A stretch of DNA of 64,000 nt, taken from positions 62,001 to 126,000 of the forward strand of contig MFPR01000020.1 of the NCBI GenBank assembly GCA_001784175.1, read 5' to 3'. Below, piece after piece: positions 15,682-25,300 of this stretch. The notes beneath the pieces were generated by a model. The model worked only from the letters and a program-made list of their open reading frames with translations, did not search any database and was not told where the DNA came from. How positions within the stretch are numbered: the stretch's first letter is position 1; each line of letters begins with the position of its first letter. Source of the stretch: Candidatus Lindowbacteria bacterium RIFCSPLOWO2_12_FULL_62_27 (GTDB lineage Bacteria; Lindowbacteria; 2-12-FULL-62-27). The translations under genes and the position numbers were made by a program.

Positions 15682-16593
15682 TTACGGCCGCCTGAACCCC
15701 AGCGCCTGGAGGATGTCGTGGAACATGTGTTTGGTCCGGCGGGCGAGAAAGAAGAAGGCGACGCTGGCGAGCATGACGGGCTTTCGGCGGATGGAGTGGG
15801 GCGAGCGCAGGACGGCCGTCAGGTGATCAAAGAACTGCCGCCAGTGCGTCATCCACATTCGGAAATATTTTGGTTTGGGGCACGTCGCCGGATAAAAAGT
15901 CGTCTTATACCGCTCCAGCACGTCCCGGAGATGCGCGGAGGGTTTGGTTTTCCGGAAGTACATCAGGTCTTCGTGCACGCAGGCGATGGCGCCGATGAGG
16001 GAAAGCTCAAAAATCAGCAGGTTGTCCGGTGAGATGACATGGTGGTACATCCGTGTCCGCCGCAGGGCATCGGCGCGAAAGAGTCCGCCTATTTGATTGC
16101 ACCCGCTGGATGACCAGAGCATGATGTTGAGTCTGGACACAACGTTGAGGGCCCGGGTGTCCATCCAGGCATTGAACCGAGGATCCGATATCACTTTACC
16201 GTCCGTGTCGATCACGGGGATCAGAGGATAGGCGCAAACCACGGCCGGGTTCGATTCGAGGACCGGCAGGAGTTGCGAAATGTAGTTGGGCCGCCAGAGG
16301 TCGTGGCCGGCCGCCCACATGAAGAAGGGCGCGCGGGCCTGGCGGAACACGAAGTTCTGGTGATCGATGATGCCCAGCCGGGACGGCTGGCGAAACAACC
16401 GGACGCGCTTGTCGCGCTCCGCGTATTGCCCACATATGTCGCCGGTCCCGTCCGTGGAGTTATCGTCGGAAAGGATCAGCTCAAAATCGGTGAAGTCCTG
16501 CGCCAGCAGGGACTCGATGGCTTCGCGCGCAAACCTCCCGTCGTTGTAGGAGGTGAATCCGATACTGACGCGCGGGCTTGCTGGATCCGGCAT
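15682..16593 (-). CDS. Glycosyltransferase family 2 (paralog A)
   Basis: VSIG...YN, FELILSDDNSTDGT, FFMWAAGHDLW. Confidence 0.9.
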   Translation of the reverse strand: MPDPASPRVSIGFTSYNDGRFAREAIESLLAQDFTDFELILSDDNSTDGTGDICGQYAERDKRVRLFRQPSRLGIIDHQNFVFRQARAPFFMWAAGHDLWRPNYISQLLPVLESNPAVVCAYPLIPVIDTDGKVISDPRFNAWMDTRALNVVSRLNIMLWSSSGCNQIGGLFRADALRRTRMYHHVISPDNLLIFELSLIGAIACVHEDLMYFRKTKPSAHLRDVLERYKTTFYPATCPKPKYFRMWMTHWRQFFDHLTAVLRSPHSIRRKPVMLASVAFFFLARRTKHMFHDILQALGFRRP

Positions 16594-16600
16594 GTCGCGT

Positions 16601-17521
16601 CTAGGGGCGGGGCAAACCGAGTGCCTGAACGCCGTCGTGGATCATGTGCTTGGTGTGCCGTGCCATGAATCCGAAAACGGTGCTGGCGAGCATGACGGGT
16701 TTGCGGCGTGGGGAGTGTGCCGAGCGAAGGACGGCGGCGAGATGTTCGTAAAAGAGCCGCCAGTGGGTCAGCCACATCCTGAAGTATCGGGGCATCGGAT
16801 CGTCTTCGGCGTAAAACACTGTCTTGTAACGTTCCAGCACGTCCCGGAGATGCTTCGAGGGAGAGGTCTTCCGAGAAATCAGGAGTTCCTCGTGCACACA
16901 GGCGATGGCGCCGATCAGGGAAAGCTCAAAAAGCATCAGATTGTCCGGCGCGATGACGGGCCGGATGAGCCGCGTCTGCCTGAGCGCGTCCGACCGAAAT
17001 ATTCCGCCGCCCGGATTGCAGCCGCTGGCGGACCAAAGCGCGATGTTGAGTCTGGAAACGACGTTGAGCGCCCGCGTATCGACCCAGCAATTGGCTGCAT
17101 GGGCGGTCGGATTAGAGATGATCATTCCATCGCTATCAATGACCGGGATGAGGGGATAACTGCAGACCACGGTCGGGTTATTTTCGAGGATCGGCAGGAG
17201 CCGGGAAATGAAGTCCGGTCTCCAGAGGTGCTGGCAGGTGGTCCACGCAAAGAAGGGAGCGCGGGTCTGGCGAAACACAAAATTCGCCTGGTTGACGATT
17301 CCCTGCCTGCGGGGCTGCCGGAAAAACCGGATACGGGGATCCTGATCCGCGTATTTCCGGCAGACATCGGCGGTCCCGTCCGTGGAGTTGTCGTCGGACA
17401 GGATCAGCTCAAAATCCTTGAACTCCTGCGCCAGGAGCGACTCGATGGACTCGCTCACGTAATGGACATCATTGAAGGCGCTGAGTCCTATTCCGACACG
17501 CGGGCTCTGTCCTTCTGACAT
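16601..17521 (-). CDS. Glycosyltransferase family 2 (paralog B, tandem duplicate)
   Basis: FELILSDDNSTDGT; aligns end to end with 15682-16593. Confidence 0.88.
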   Translation of the reverse strand: MSEGQSPRVGIGLSAFNDVHYVSESIESLLAQEFKDFELILSDDNSTDGTADVCRKYADQDPRIRFFRQPRRQGIVNQANFVFRQTRAPFFAWTTCQHLWRPDFISRLLPILENNPTVVCSYPLIPVIDSDGMIISNPTAHAANCWVDTRALNVVSRLNIALWSASGCNPGGGIFRSDALRQTRLIRPVIAPDNLMLFELSLIGAIACVHEELLISRKTSPSKHLRDVLERYKTVFYAEDDPMPRYFRMWLTHWRLFYEHLAAVLRSAHSPRRKPVMLASTVFGFMARHTKHMIHDGVQALGLPRP

Positions 17522-17546
17522 GGAGAGTATGCTATCTTAGGCGGAT

Positions 17547-18644
17547 ATGTTGCGCCAGATTTTGAAAACGGTTGTGCGGACGGCGGTGTCCCTGTTGTTC
17601 CGGCTGTACAAGCGATGGTGGCGGCCCCGCAGTCCCGCCGTCTTTGAGCGGATCCTGGTGTTTTCGACCGGCGGCATCGGCGACACGCTGTCGGACACGC
17701 CGGCGGTGCGCGCGGTCCGGCAAAGTTTCGCGGATGCGCGGATCGAGGTGGTGGCGGACCGGCGTCGCGCCGTGATCTGGGAGGGCAACCCGGACGTGGC
17801 GGCGGTTCATACGTATCGGAAATCGGTCCTTACGTTCTTGCGCCTCGCGGCGGCGGTTCGGAACCGATATGATCTCTCGATCGTTCTCCGCGCAAACGAT
17901 CCGGATATTTATCCGCTCGCCTATCTGGCCTCCCGCAACGTCCTGGCCAACCCGCACCGGACGCAGATGCCGTTTCTGGTGACCCGGCCCCATGCCGATC
18001 CACGCTGGCGAAAGAGGCATGGCGTGGAACAGATGCTGGACGTGGTGTCGGAAATCGGCGCCAAAACGAGCGACCCGCGCCTGGTGCTGATGATTTCCGA
18101 TCGCGAGGCGTCGGAGGCCGAACAGAGGCTGCGTTCATCCGGCGTCGATCCCCGCGCGGCGGTGGCGGTGCAGGTCGGCGGAAGCGGCCGGCAATACTGG
18201 CGGGAATGGCCGGCGTCATCGTTTGCGGCGCTGCTCGATCTTCTCCACGCCGCGCGGCCGGAGTTGACGCCCATATTGATCGGCGGCCTGAATCTGAGGG
18301 ACAAGGCCTGTGAGATTCTGCGGCTGTGCCGCAAGGCCGCGCCGCTCAATTTCGTCAATGCGACCAGCCTCCGGCAGACCGCCGCGCTCCTGTCGGTCGC
18401 CGGCGCCATGGTCACGACCGACACCGGCATCATGCACGTGGGCTATGCGGTCGGCTGCCCGACCGTAGCGATCCTTCACTGTTCGATTCCGCAAACGGAG
18501 GTCGGCCCATACGGCTATGATCCGAAACGCTATCGCATCCTGGAACTGCGGCCGCCCCAGGGCATGGACTGCTCGGAGAGCCTGACGCTGGCGTCGATTC
18601 CGCCGAACCTCGTGCTGAATGCGTTGTTGTCGCTCTTGACATGA
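17547..18644 (+). CDS. Glycosyltransferase family 9 (heptosyltransferase-like)
   Basis: GGIGDTL, REWPASSF, TTDTGIMHVG. Confidence 0.9.
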   Translation: MLRQILKTVVRTAVSLLFRLYKRWWRPRSPAVFERILVFSTGGIGDTLSDTPAVRAVRQSFADARIEVVADRRRAVIWEGNPDVAAVHTYRKSVLTFLRLAAAVRNRYDLSIVLRANDPDIYPLAYLASRNVLANPHRTQMPFLVTRPHADPRWRKRHGVEQMLDVVSEIGAKTSDPRLVLMISDREASEAEQRLRSSGVDPRAAVAVQVGGSGRQYWREWPASSFAALLDLLHAARPELTPILIGGLNLRDKACEILRLCRKAAPLNFVNATSLRQTAALLSVAGAMVTTDTGIMHVGYAVGCPTVAILHCSIPQTEVGPYGYDPKRYRILELRPPQGMDCSESLTLASIPPNLVLNALLSLLT

Positions 18645-18660
18645 AACGTGATTATTCAGA

Positions 18661-18779
18661 TATTCCCCCTCTCCCGCCTCTGGCGGGAGAGGGTCGGGGT
18701 GAGGGTGGCGATGCCGCCGCTGTCTGACCCCCCTCACCTCAATCCTCTCCCCCCTGCGGGGGGAGAGGAGGTGAATAGA
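18661..18779 (+). repeat. Bipartite REP-like element, family A copy 2
   Basis: Both hairpin arms match 15561-15675 with few mismatches; central spacer differs. Confidence 0.9.
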
Positions 18780-18781
18780 CC

Positions 18782-19870
18782 ATGAAACTCCGTCTACGCG
18801 ACTGGCTCCTCTCGACCGTGTTTCAGGCCCTGCTCGATCGCGGCGCCGTTCAGGGACGGCCGTTGGCGCAGTACGGCGCGCAGGACACGCCGAGACTGCT
18901 CCTGGTGATCACGACCTCGTTCGGGGATCTCGTGGCGTCCACGGCGGCGCTCGAGGTGTTGCGGCAGACGTTTCCGAAGGCGGTCATCGGCGTCATGGGA
19001 AAACATCCGTTCGAGACGGTGCTGAAGGATGATCCGCGCGTGAACGCGCTGATTCCGTACTGGGGGAAATACCGCCGCGTGTGCCGGACGCGCCGAATGA
19101 TCCGTGAAGGGCGGTTTGATACGGCGTTGCTCCTGAACATGAATGATCCGGATGTCATCCCGCTTCTGTATGTTTCAGGCGTCCGTTGTTTCGTGCGGAT
19201 GCCGGGCCGGACGACGATCTATCGGCGCATTTGCGCCAATCAAAATGATCTTGGAACCGGAATCGAAGGCGAACACATGTACGAGGCGATGGACCGGATT
19301 GTGCGATACTTTGGCCTCTCCCTCCCCTCACCCCAGCCGGTGTTGCGGCCGTCGCCGGCGGCACAGGATCAGGCTCGCCGGTTTCTGGATGGCGCGGGAT
19401 TGGCCGGCAAGCGGCTGGTGGCGGTCCACCCCGGCGCATCGATTCCGGCCAAGGCATGGTCCGAAGGGCGTTTCGCGGAATTCATCCGGTTTTTTCATGA
19501 GCGACGCCCGGACGACGAAATTCTCCTGACGGGCGCTCCGGCCGAAACCGGCAAGTGCGAGCGGATCGCGCGCCGGTGCGGCGCCCCGGTGCGCGTGGTG
19601 ACGTCGGAGCTGGACCTGCCGGCCTTTGCGGCGTTGTTTTCACACCTTTCGTTGTTCATCGGCGGCGACAGCGGCGCGTTTCATCTCGCGCAGGCCTTTC
19701 AAATCCCGGGCGTGATTCTCTACTTCCAAACGCCGGTCTTTCGAACCCGCCCACTGCCCGGCGCCGGTCGCTACCGCATATTGCAGGCGTCCGGCGCTGT
19801 CACGCGCCACGGGGTGGATGCGATTGAGCCGGCAGATGTCGTTGCGGCGGCAATGGAATTGCAGTCATGA
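18782..19870 (+). CDS. Glycosyltransferase family 9 (heptosyltransferase-like)
   Basis: SFGDLV, HPGASIPAKAWS, GGDSGAFHLA. Confidence 0.9.
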   Translation: MKLRLRDWLLSTVFQALLDRGAVQGRPLAQYGAQDTPRLLLVITTSFGDLVASTAALEVLRQTFPKAVIGVMGKHPFETVLKDDPRVNALIPYWGKYRRVCRTRRMIREGRFDTALLLNMNDPDVIPLLYVSGVRCFVRMPGRTTIYRRICANQNDLGTGIEGEHMYEAMDRIVRYFGLSLPSPQPVLRPSPAAQDQARRFLDGAGLAGKRLVAVHPGASIPAKAWSEGRFAEFIRFFHERRPDDEILLTGAPAETGKCERIARRCGAPVRVVTSELDLPAFAALFSHLSLFIGGDSGAFHLAQAFQIPGVILYFQTPVFRTRPLPGAGRYRILQASGAVTRHGVDAIEPADVVAAAMELQS

Positions 19871-20574
19871 CGGCGCCGTTTGTTTTCAAGCATGTCATTT
19901 CAGAATTGAGCGCGCGTCCGTGCGGTCCGCTGCTCGATATCCCGGCGGGCCGGTTGGAGATGTGCTGGGTCCTGTCGGGAAGGGGATTCGAATGTGTCGC
20001 CGCCGATCTGTCGCTGGCGGATGGAGAGGAACCCATGCCAGACGGAAAGACCATCCGGCGATGCCGGGTCGACCTGAACCAATCCCTGCCGTTTCCCGCG
20101 GGCGCCTTCCAGTATGTTTTGTGTGTTGAAGGCCTCGAACATGTCGAAAACACATTTCTTGTATTAAGGGAACTCCATCGGGTCCTGCGCCCGGGCGGGG
20201 AGATATTCATCACAACGCCCAACATCCTGAACATCCAGTCCCGGATGCGGTTTCTGCTGTCCGGAACGTACATGAGTTTCCCGCATCTGACGGCGCCCGT
20301 TCGTGCTGCCGAACACGCCCATATCAATCCTGTGGCGTATCCGATGCTGGACTTCGCTCTAAGGCAGGCAGGATTTGATCACATCGTGGTTCACAGGGTC
20401 CACAGGAAATGGAAACTGCTTGTGTACGCTCCAATCCTCCTCATGATCAAGTTCCTGAACGTATTTCCACGCCACGGCCAGTCGCCGGACAGTGCGCGGA
20501 TTAGAAATACCATTCAGTCCACGAATTTTCTGATGTCCGACGCAATGGTGGTCAGCGCCCGGCGGGCTGCATGA
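19867..20574 (+). CDS. Class I SAM-dependent methyltransferase
   Basis: LLDIPAG, DLNQSLPF, EGLEHVEN, RVLRPGG..ITTPN. Confidence 0.88.
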   Translation: MTAPFVFKHVISELSARPCGPLLDIPAGRLEMCWVLSGRGFECVAADLSLADGEEPMPDGKTIRRCRVDLNQSLPFPAGAFQYVLCVEGLEHVENTFLVLRELHRVLRPGGEIFITTPNILNIQSRMRFLLSGTYMSFPHLTAPVRAAEHAHINPVAYPMLDFALRQAGFDHIVVHRVHRKWKLLVYAPILLMIKFLNVFPRHGQSPDSARIRNTIQSTNFLMSDAMVVSARRAA

Positions 20575-20576
20575 CG

Positions 20577-20616
20577 AACCCCCCATCCCAGCCTTCCCCC
20601 ACAAGGGGGGAAGGGG
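20577..20616 (+). repeat. REP-like element, family B copy 1
   Basis: aaccccccatcccagccttcccccacaaggggggaagg between convergent genes; same core at 22263. Confidence 0.88.
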
Positions 20617-21399
20617 TCAGCCCTCGCGGATCGCGTGCCCGTAGAGGCGGATGCCGCAGCAGTTCGGCAGCGCCGGGCCGAGGAGTCGTTCCGCGTTGAA
20701 GGATGCGGACATGAGCCACGAGTTTTTGGTGCGGGCGACATCATCGAGGAGGCGCCGGCGTTTTTCCTCCATGGTTTTGCGTCCCATGGACCAGCGGCCG
20801 TATTTTTTGACGGCGTAAAACGCCGGATACAATAAAACGCCCATGTAGCGGATTGCCCGGATCGCAAATCCCACCGATCGGATCTTGTCGCGAAATTCCC
20901 GCTTTCCGTATCGCCGCACGTGATGGACGACCTCGTCGTAATAATTGTAAAGCGACGGTCCGGCCGGCACCATGAAAAAGGCCGAACCCCCTGGTTTGAG
21001 CAACCGGAATATTTCGCGGATCGCCCCTGCGTCATTTTCGATGTGCTCCAGCACGTTCAGGCATGAGATCGCATCGAACGACGCCGGGGCAAACGGGGCT
21101 TGCAGGAGGTCGAACTGGACGACGCGCCGGCCGGCCGGGCGGGCTTTGGCGGCGTTCAGCGCGGGCAGAAACGCGTCGGCGCCGTAGACTGCGGCGTTCG
21201 GAAACATTTTTGCCGCGTCCTCCAGGAGCCACCCTGCCGCGCAGCCGGCGTCCAAGTAGGCCGCGCCAGGCCGGCGCAGGGCCGGCGCCAGAACCTCGAG
21301 GGCCACACGCCTCGACGCGACCTCGACCGCATGGGTCGGCGCCGCCTCCTCCAGCATCTCCTCGTTGTCCGCGGTCCAGTGCCGGTCTGGCGAATTCAT
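20617..21399 (-). CDS. Class I SAM-dependent methyltransferase
   Basis: YLDAGCAAG, LNVLEHIEND, LLKPGG..VPA, HVRRY. Confidence 0.9.
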   Translation of the reverse strand: MNSPDRHWTADNEEMLEEAAPTHAVEVASRRVALEVLAPALRRPGAAYLDAGCAAGWLLEDAAKMFPNAAVYGADAFLPALNAAKARPAGRRVVQFDLLQAPFAPASFDAISCLNVLEHIENDAGAIREIFRLLKPGGSAFFMVPAGPSLYNYYDEVVHHVRRYGKREFRDKIRSVGFAIRAIRYMGVLLYPAFYAVKKYGRWSMGRKTMEEKRRRLLDDVARTKNSWLMSASFNAERLLGPALPNCCGIRLYGHAIREG

Positions 21400-21451
21400 C
21401 GGCGGTCACCATAGCAGAAAACCGGGAGCCGATGGTAGGGTTCACGCGATC

Positions 21452-22258
21452 ATGAGCGTCTGTTCCGTCATTTCCGTCGATGAATTCGAACGCGACCCGC
21501 GGTTCCGGAAAATCCTCGGCGACATGCACGCCCTCATGGGCGTGCCGGACCATCCTCTGGGCCGGCACTGCAAGACGGGCCACGGGCGGCTGCGCCGGGC
21601 GGAGATCGAGGGCGGGAAGCATTTCGAATATCCATGGGCGGTGGTTCACGGCGATTTTCAGCCGGGAATGCGGGTGCTGGACGCGGGCTGCGGCCGGGGC
21701 GTTCTCCAGTATTATCTGGCGCGCATGGGATGCCGCGTGTCCGGCTGCGACCTCGACGGGTTCAGGTCCAGGAAATTGCTCAGGATTCACAGACTCCTGC
21801 ACCGGCTGGGTATCGCGCCGGCGCCGGACCTGACGTCGCGGCTTCGAAAAAACGCACGGTATTTCGGCATCGAGGTCGATTACCACATAGAGCCGATGCA
21901 GGCTCTTTCCTGGCCGGACGCCGCGTTCGATCGCGTCTATTCGATTTCGGTGCTTGAACATATTCAGCCGCTCGATGAGCAGAAGCGCGCGGTGGAACAG
22001 TTGGCGCGCGTCCTGAAACCGGGCGGAAAGATGATTCTCACGCTGGATTACGCCGAGAAGACTGCGGGTCGTGAGAGCGTCCCCGGGTTGTTCCAGCCGG
22101 CCGACGTCGAGCGCGTGATCGGATGGTCGGGCCTGCGTCCTGTCGAGCCGCCGGTATACGACTCCGGCGGCTGGGCCGATTATCTGATCAAGCTCGCGCA
22201 ATTTTTCGACGTCCCGTCGGGCTCGTACAGCGTCTTCACGCTGGTGCTCCAGAAGTAA
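21452..22258 (+). CDS. Class I SAM-dependent methyltransferase
   Basis: EYPW, VLDAGCGRG, SISVLEHI, RVLKPGG. Confidence 0.88.
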   Translation: MSVCSVISVDEFERDPRFRKILGDMHALMGVPDHPLGRHCKTGHGRLRRAEIEGGKHFEYPWAVVHGDFQPGMRVLDAGCGRGVLQYYLARMGCRVSGCDLDGFRSRKLLRIHRLLHRLGIAPAPDLTSRLRKNARYFGIEVDYHIEPMQALSWPDAAFDRVYSISVLEHIQPLDEQKRAVEQLARVLKPGGKMILTLDYAEKTAGRESVPGLFQPADVERVIGWSGLRPVEPPVYDSGGWADYLIKLAQFFDVPSGSYSVFTLVLQK

Positions 22259-22262
22259 TTGT

Positions 22263-22303
22263 AACCCCCCATCCCAGCCTTCCCCCACAAGGGGGGAAGG
22301 AGG
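22263..22303 (+). repeat. REP-like element, family B copy 2
   Basis: Same sequence as 20577-20614, between convergent genes. Confidence 0.88.
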
Positions 22304-25300
22304 TTAAAACCTCAGTTCCGCCGTGGCCGCGAAGCTGGTGACGCTGCGGTCGTCATCCGGGGTGATTTCGTTGCTGGTGACGTTGTAGCCGAAGGTGCCG
22401 TTCACGCGGAAATTTTCGCGGATGTCATAGTTCAGTCCGAGGGTGCTGCCATAACTCATATTGTCGTCCTTTTTCGCTCCGTCCAGTTCCCGCTCGTTTG
22501 CGGCCCAGTTCATGCCGCTGGTGAGTTCCAGGCGGTTTTGGAACCGGAGGAGGTTCCCGGTGAAGGAGGTCATTTTGAACGGATTGGAGATGAGATAGGA
22601 CATCGAGTAGGCGGAGTTCTGGCCCGCATTTTTCGAAAAGGACAGCCGGTCCTTGGCGTCGCTGAAATTGAACGCGTAGCTCAGGCTGGTCCGGAACCGG
22701 TCGGTCCACGACACCGGCCAACTCACGTTGTTGGTGATGTTTCTCGACTGGGTCGTCCGCGTGACGCTGGAGCTGAAGGCGTATCCGTAGGTCAGCGCGG
22801 CGGAATTGGGCCCCTTGAAGAGCCGCGAGGCCCGTTTGAGGTCCCAAGTGTTGTTGAGGTTGAAGCTGAATGCGTCGGAGACCTCCACCGAGTTGAGGCT
22901 CTGGACCTCGGACGCGCTGAACCCGCTGCTGTAGGTGGTCGACAGGCTTTCCCAGATCTTGATCGATCCTCCGAAACTGTGGCTCCGCGATGTGCTCGCG
23001 GAATTTCGCAGGAGCGCGAGCGTGTCCGACGTGACCTCGAGCTTGCCGCCCTTCCAGAAAAGGAATATGTTCTTGTAAAAATCGTCGAAGACCGCCGCCA
23101 GCCCGAACCGTTCGGGCAGGTTCTGATAGGCGGCGCTGCCGCCGACGGAATAGGCGTAGGAGATGGTGAAAAACTTGAGTCGCCGCCACCACTTCTCCGG
23201 CGCGATGCCGATGCTTGCCCCGAAATTCCCGCTGGACTGGATGCTTTTGAATTCGCTCTCGTTGTTGAAGCTTTCCGAAAAATTGAAATTCCAGTTGAGG
23301 GAGGGCGTGAGGCCGATAAAGGTCGGAAGCGGCCAGGACCAGCCGTAGCCGCGCCCGCGCCCGCTTTCCCTGAGCGGCGCCGTTTCCGACAGCGTCTGCC
23401 GGGACAGCGACTGGTTGAGGGTGAAGCTCCAGTCGAACCATCGGGTGATGATGTAGTGGACGCTGAGCGAGACGTTGTCGGACTGGCTTTTCTGGAACGA
23501 ATTCTTTTCCGTGCCCAGGAGAATGTCCCGGTCGCGGACGCTCGTGCCGCGGGAAAAGCCCGTGGTGTAATCGAACGACCGCCCGATCGGAATGAACCAG
23601 AGAATCTTCCGGTTGAAACTCTGCCCATAGGACGTGGAGTAGCTGCGGTCGGTGTTTTCCTGCCTGGAAACGAATGTTTTCTGATTGACGTCCTCCTCTT
23701 GTTTGCCCCAGTTGGCGCTGAAGCTCGGCCATTTGGGGCCTCGCGTGACGCTGAACCCGAGCGTCTGTCCCTGCGCCGACCGGTGCCCGATTTCGGTCCG
23801 CTTCAGATTCTCGACGAGATCGGGATTGACAAAGGTTTTGGACTTGTTCTTGGTAAAGTTCGCCGGGATCTCCAATTTCAACAGGCGGTCGAGGAACAGG
23901 AGCTTGGAGACTTTCACCGATCCGTTGTACGCCTCGGACTTGCGGTCCTCCGTCACATAATCGCTGACGCCGCCGTAATTGATGCGGCCGACCGGCCGGA
24001 ACGTGTTATCGACGATTTCCTGGCTGCCGTTCAGGGTCATGAGGTTGTCGAAGAGGGTGCTGCTGAAGGACGATTTGTTGGCCGTGCCCTTTTCCTCCTC
24101 GATGTCCTTGATGATGATTTCGTCCAGAAAAATCTGCCCCGAATTGCCGTTGGAGTTCACGCCCGCGCCCATGAACCGGACGCGGTCGAGGGTGGGCGAG
24201 CCGAAAACCCGGACGCCGTTCACGGTGACGTTGAAGGGGGGTTTCGTGTCCTGATTGAGTTTGACGAGATCGAGTTCGATCTGATCCAAGCTGACGGTCC
24301 GCTCCACCCAGTCGGTGCTGGCGGTGAGGGTATCAGCGATCTCAAAAAAGTTGGCGGCGTCGGGGCCGAACCGAAAGATGAACGTGTCGCCGGCGTTCGT
24401 GGGAACCTGACCGGCGAGACCGTTGCGGTACCAGTACGACATGTTGCGATAGAGGGAAAGGCGGAGGTCGTTCAGGGGAAGAAACTTCGTCACGTTCTGT
24501 CCCGTGCGGCTCGCGTAGCTGATCGACAGGGCCTTGGCATCGAGCGCCTGAACGTCCGCCGCAAGGACGGGCGGCGCGTCGAAGTTCGGATCCGTGCGTT
24601 TGGACACGACGCCGACCGTGAAGGTCTGCGTGTCGTTGAAATTGTCGTCTTCCCAGCTCACCCCGCGGATCGAGATGTCGTTGACCAGGATCGTCCCCGT
24701 CGTCCCGGCCGCCAGTCCGGTCTTCGTGAAGATCAGCCGGATGTCCTTGATGACCTTCGCGTCCGGTTTCTGCGTGCTGCCGACCGCCAGTCCCGCCGCC
24801 TCGGTCGCGCCGCCGGCGGCCAGCAGTGTGCCGAGAAAGACGCGGTATCGGCGCCATTTGTTTTCCGGGAAGAACGTGATCTCGGCGATGGACGAGTCGG
24901 TGTTGAGCCTGGTCCTGAAAAACGCCTGGTCGACGTCTAGCGTGCCGTCGCGGTCGCGGTCCTCCGAGTCGAGAATGCCGTTGCCGGACCCGACCGGGAT
25001 GCCGGCGAGGACGATACCGCCGTCCTCGCCGGAATTCAGCAGGTTGTCGGCGTTCTTGTCCTCCGTTTCCAGCCCGTCGCCGTCCGCGTCCTCGTTCAGA
25101 ATCCCGACATCGAGCGTCACGTCCGGGTAGTTGTCGTCCCGCACCCAGAATTCCAGAAAGGTTTTCTTGGAAAAGTCCTGGGCGACGTCGGAGATGTGGA
25201 ATGAGATCGCGACGTAGGTGTCCTCGGCATTGAACGTGTAGCCGACCGAGAGGGACGACTGGTTGCGCAGGTCCTGGGAACTGACGTTGGGCAGTCCGTC

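Noticed and set aside
15561-22303. Repeats considered as a CRISPR array
   Set aside because: Copies are dispersed between genes, not regularly spaced with unique spacers, and no cas genes are present
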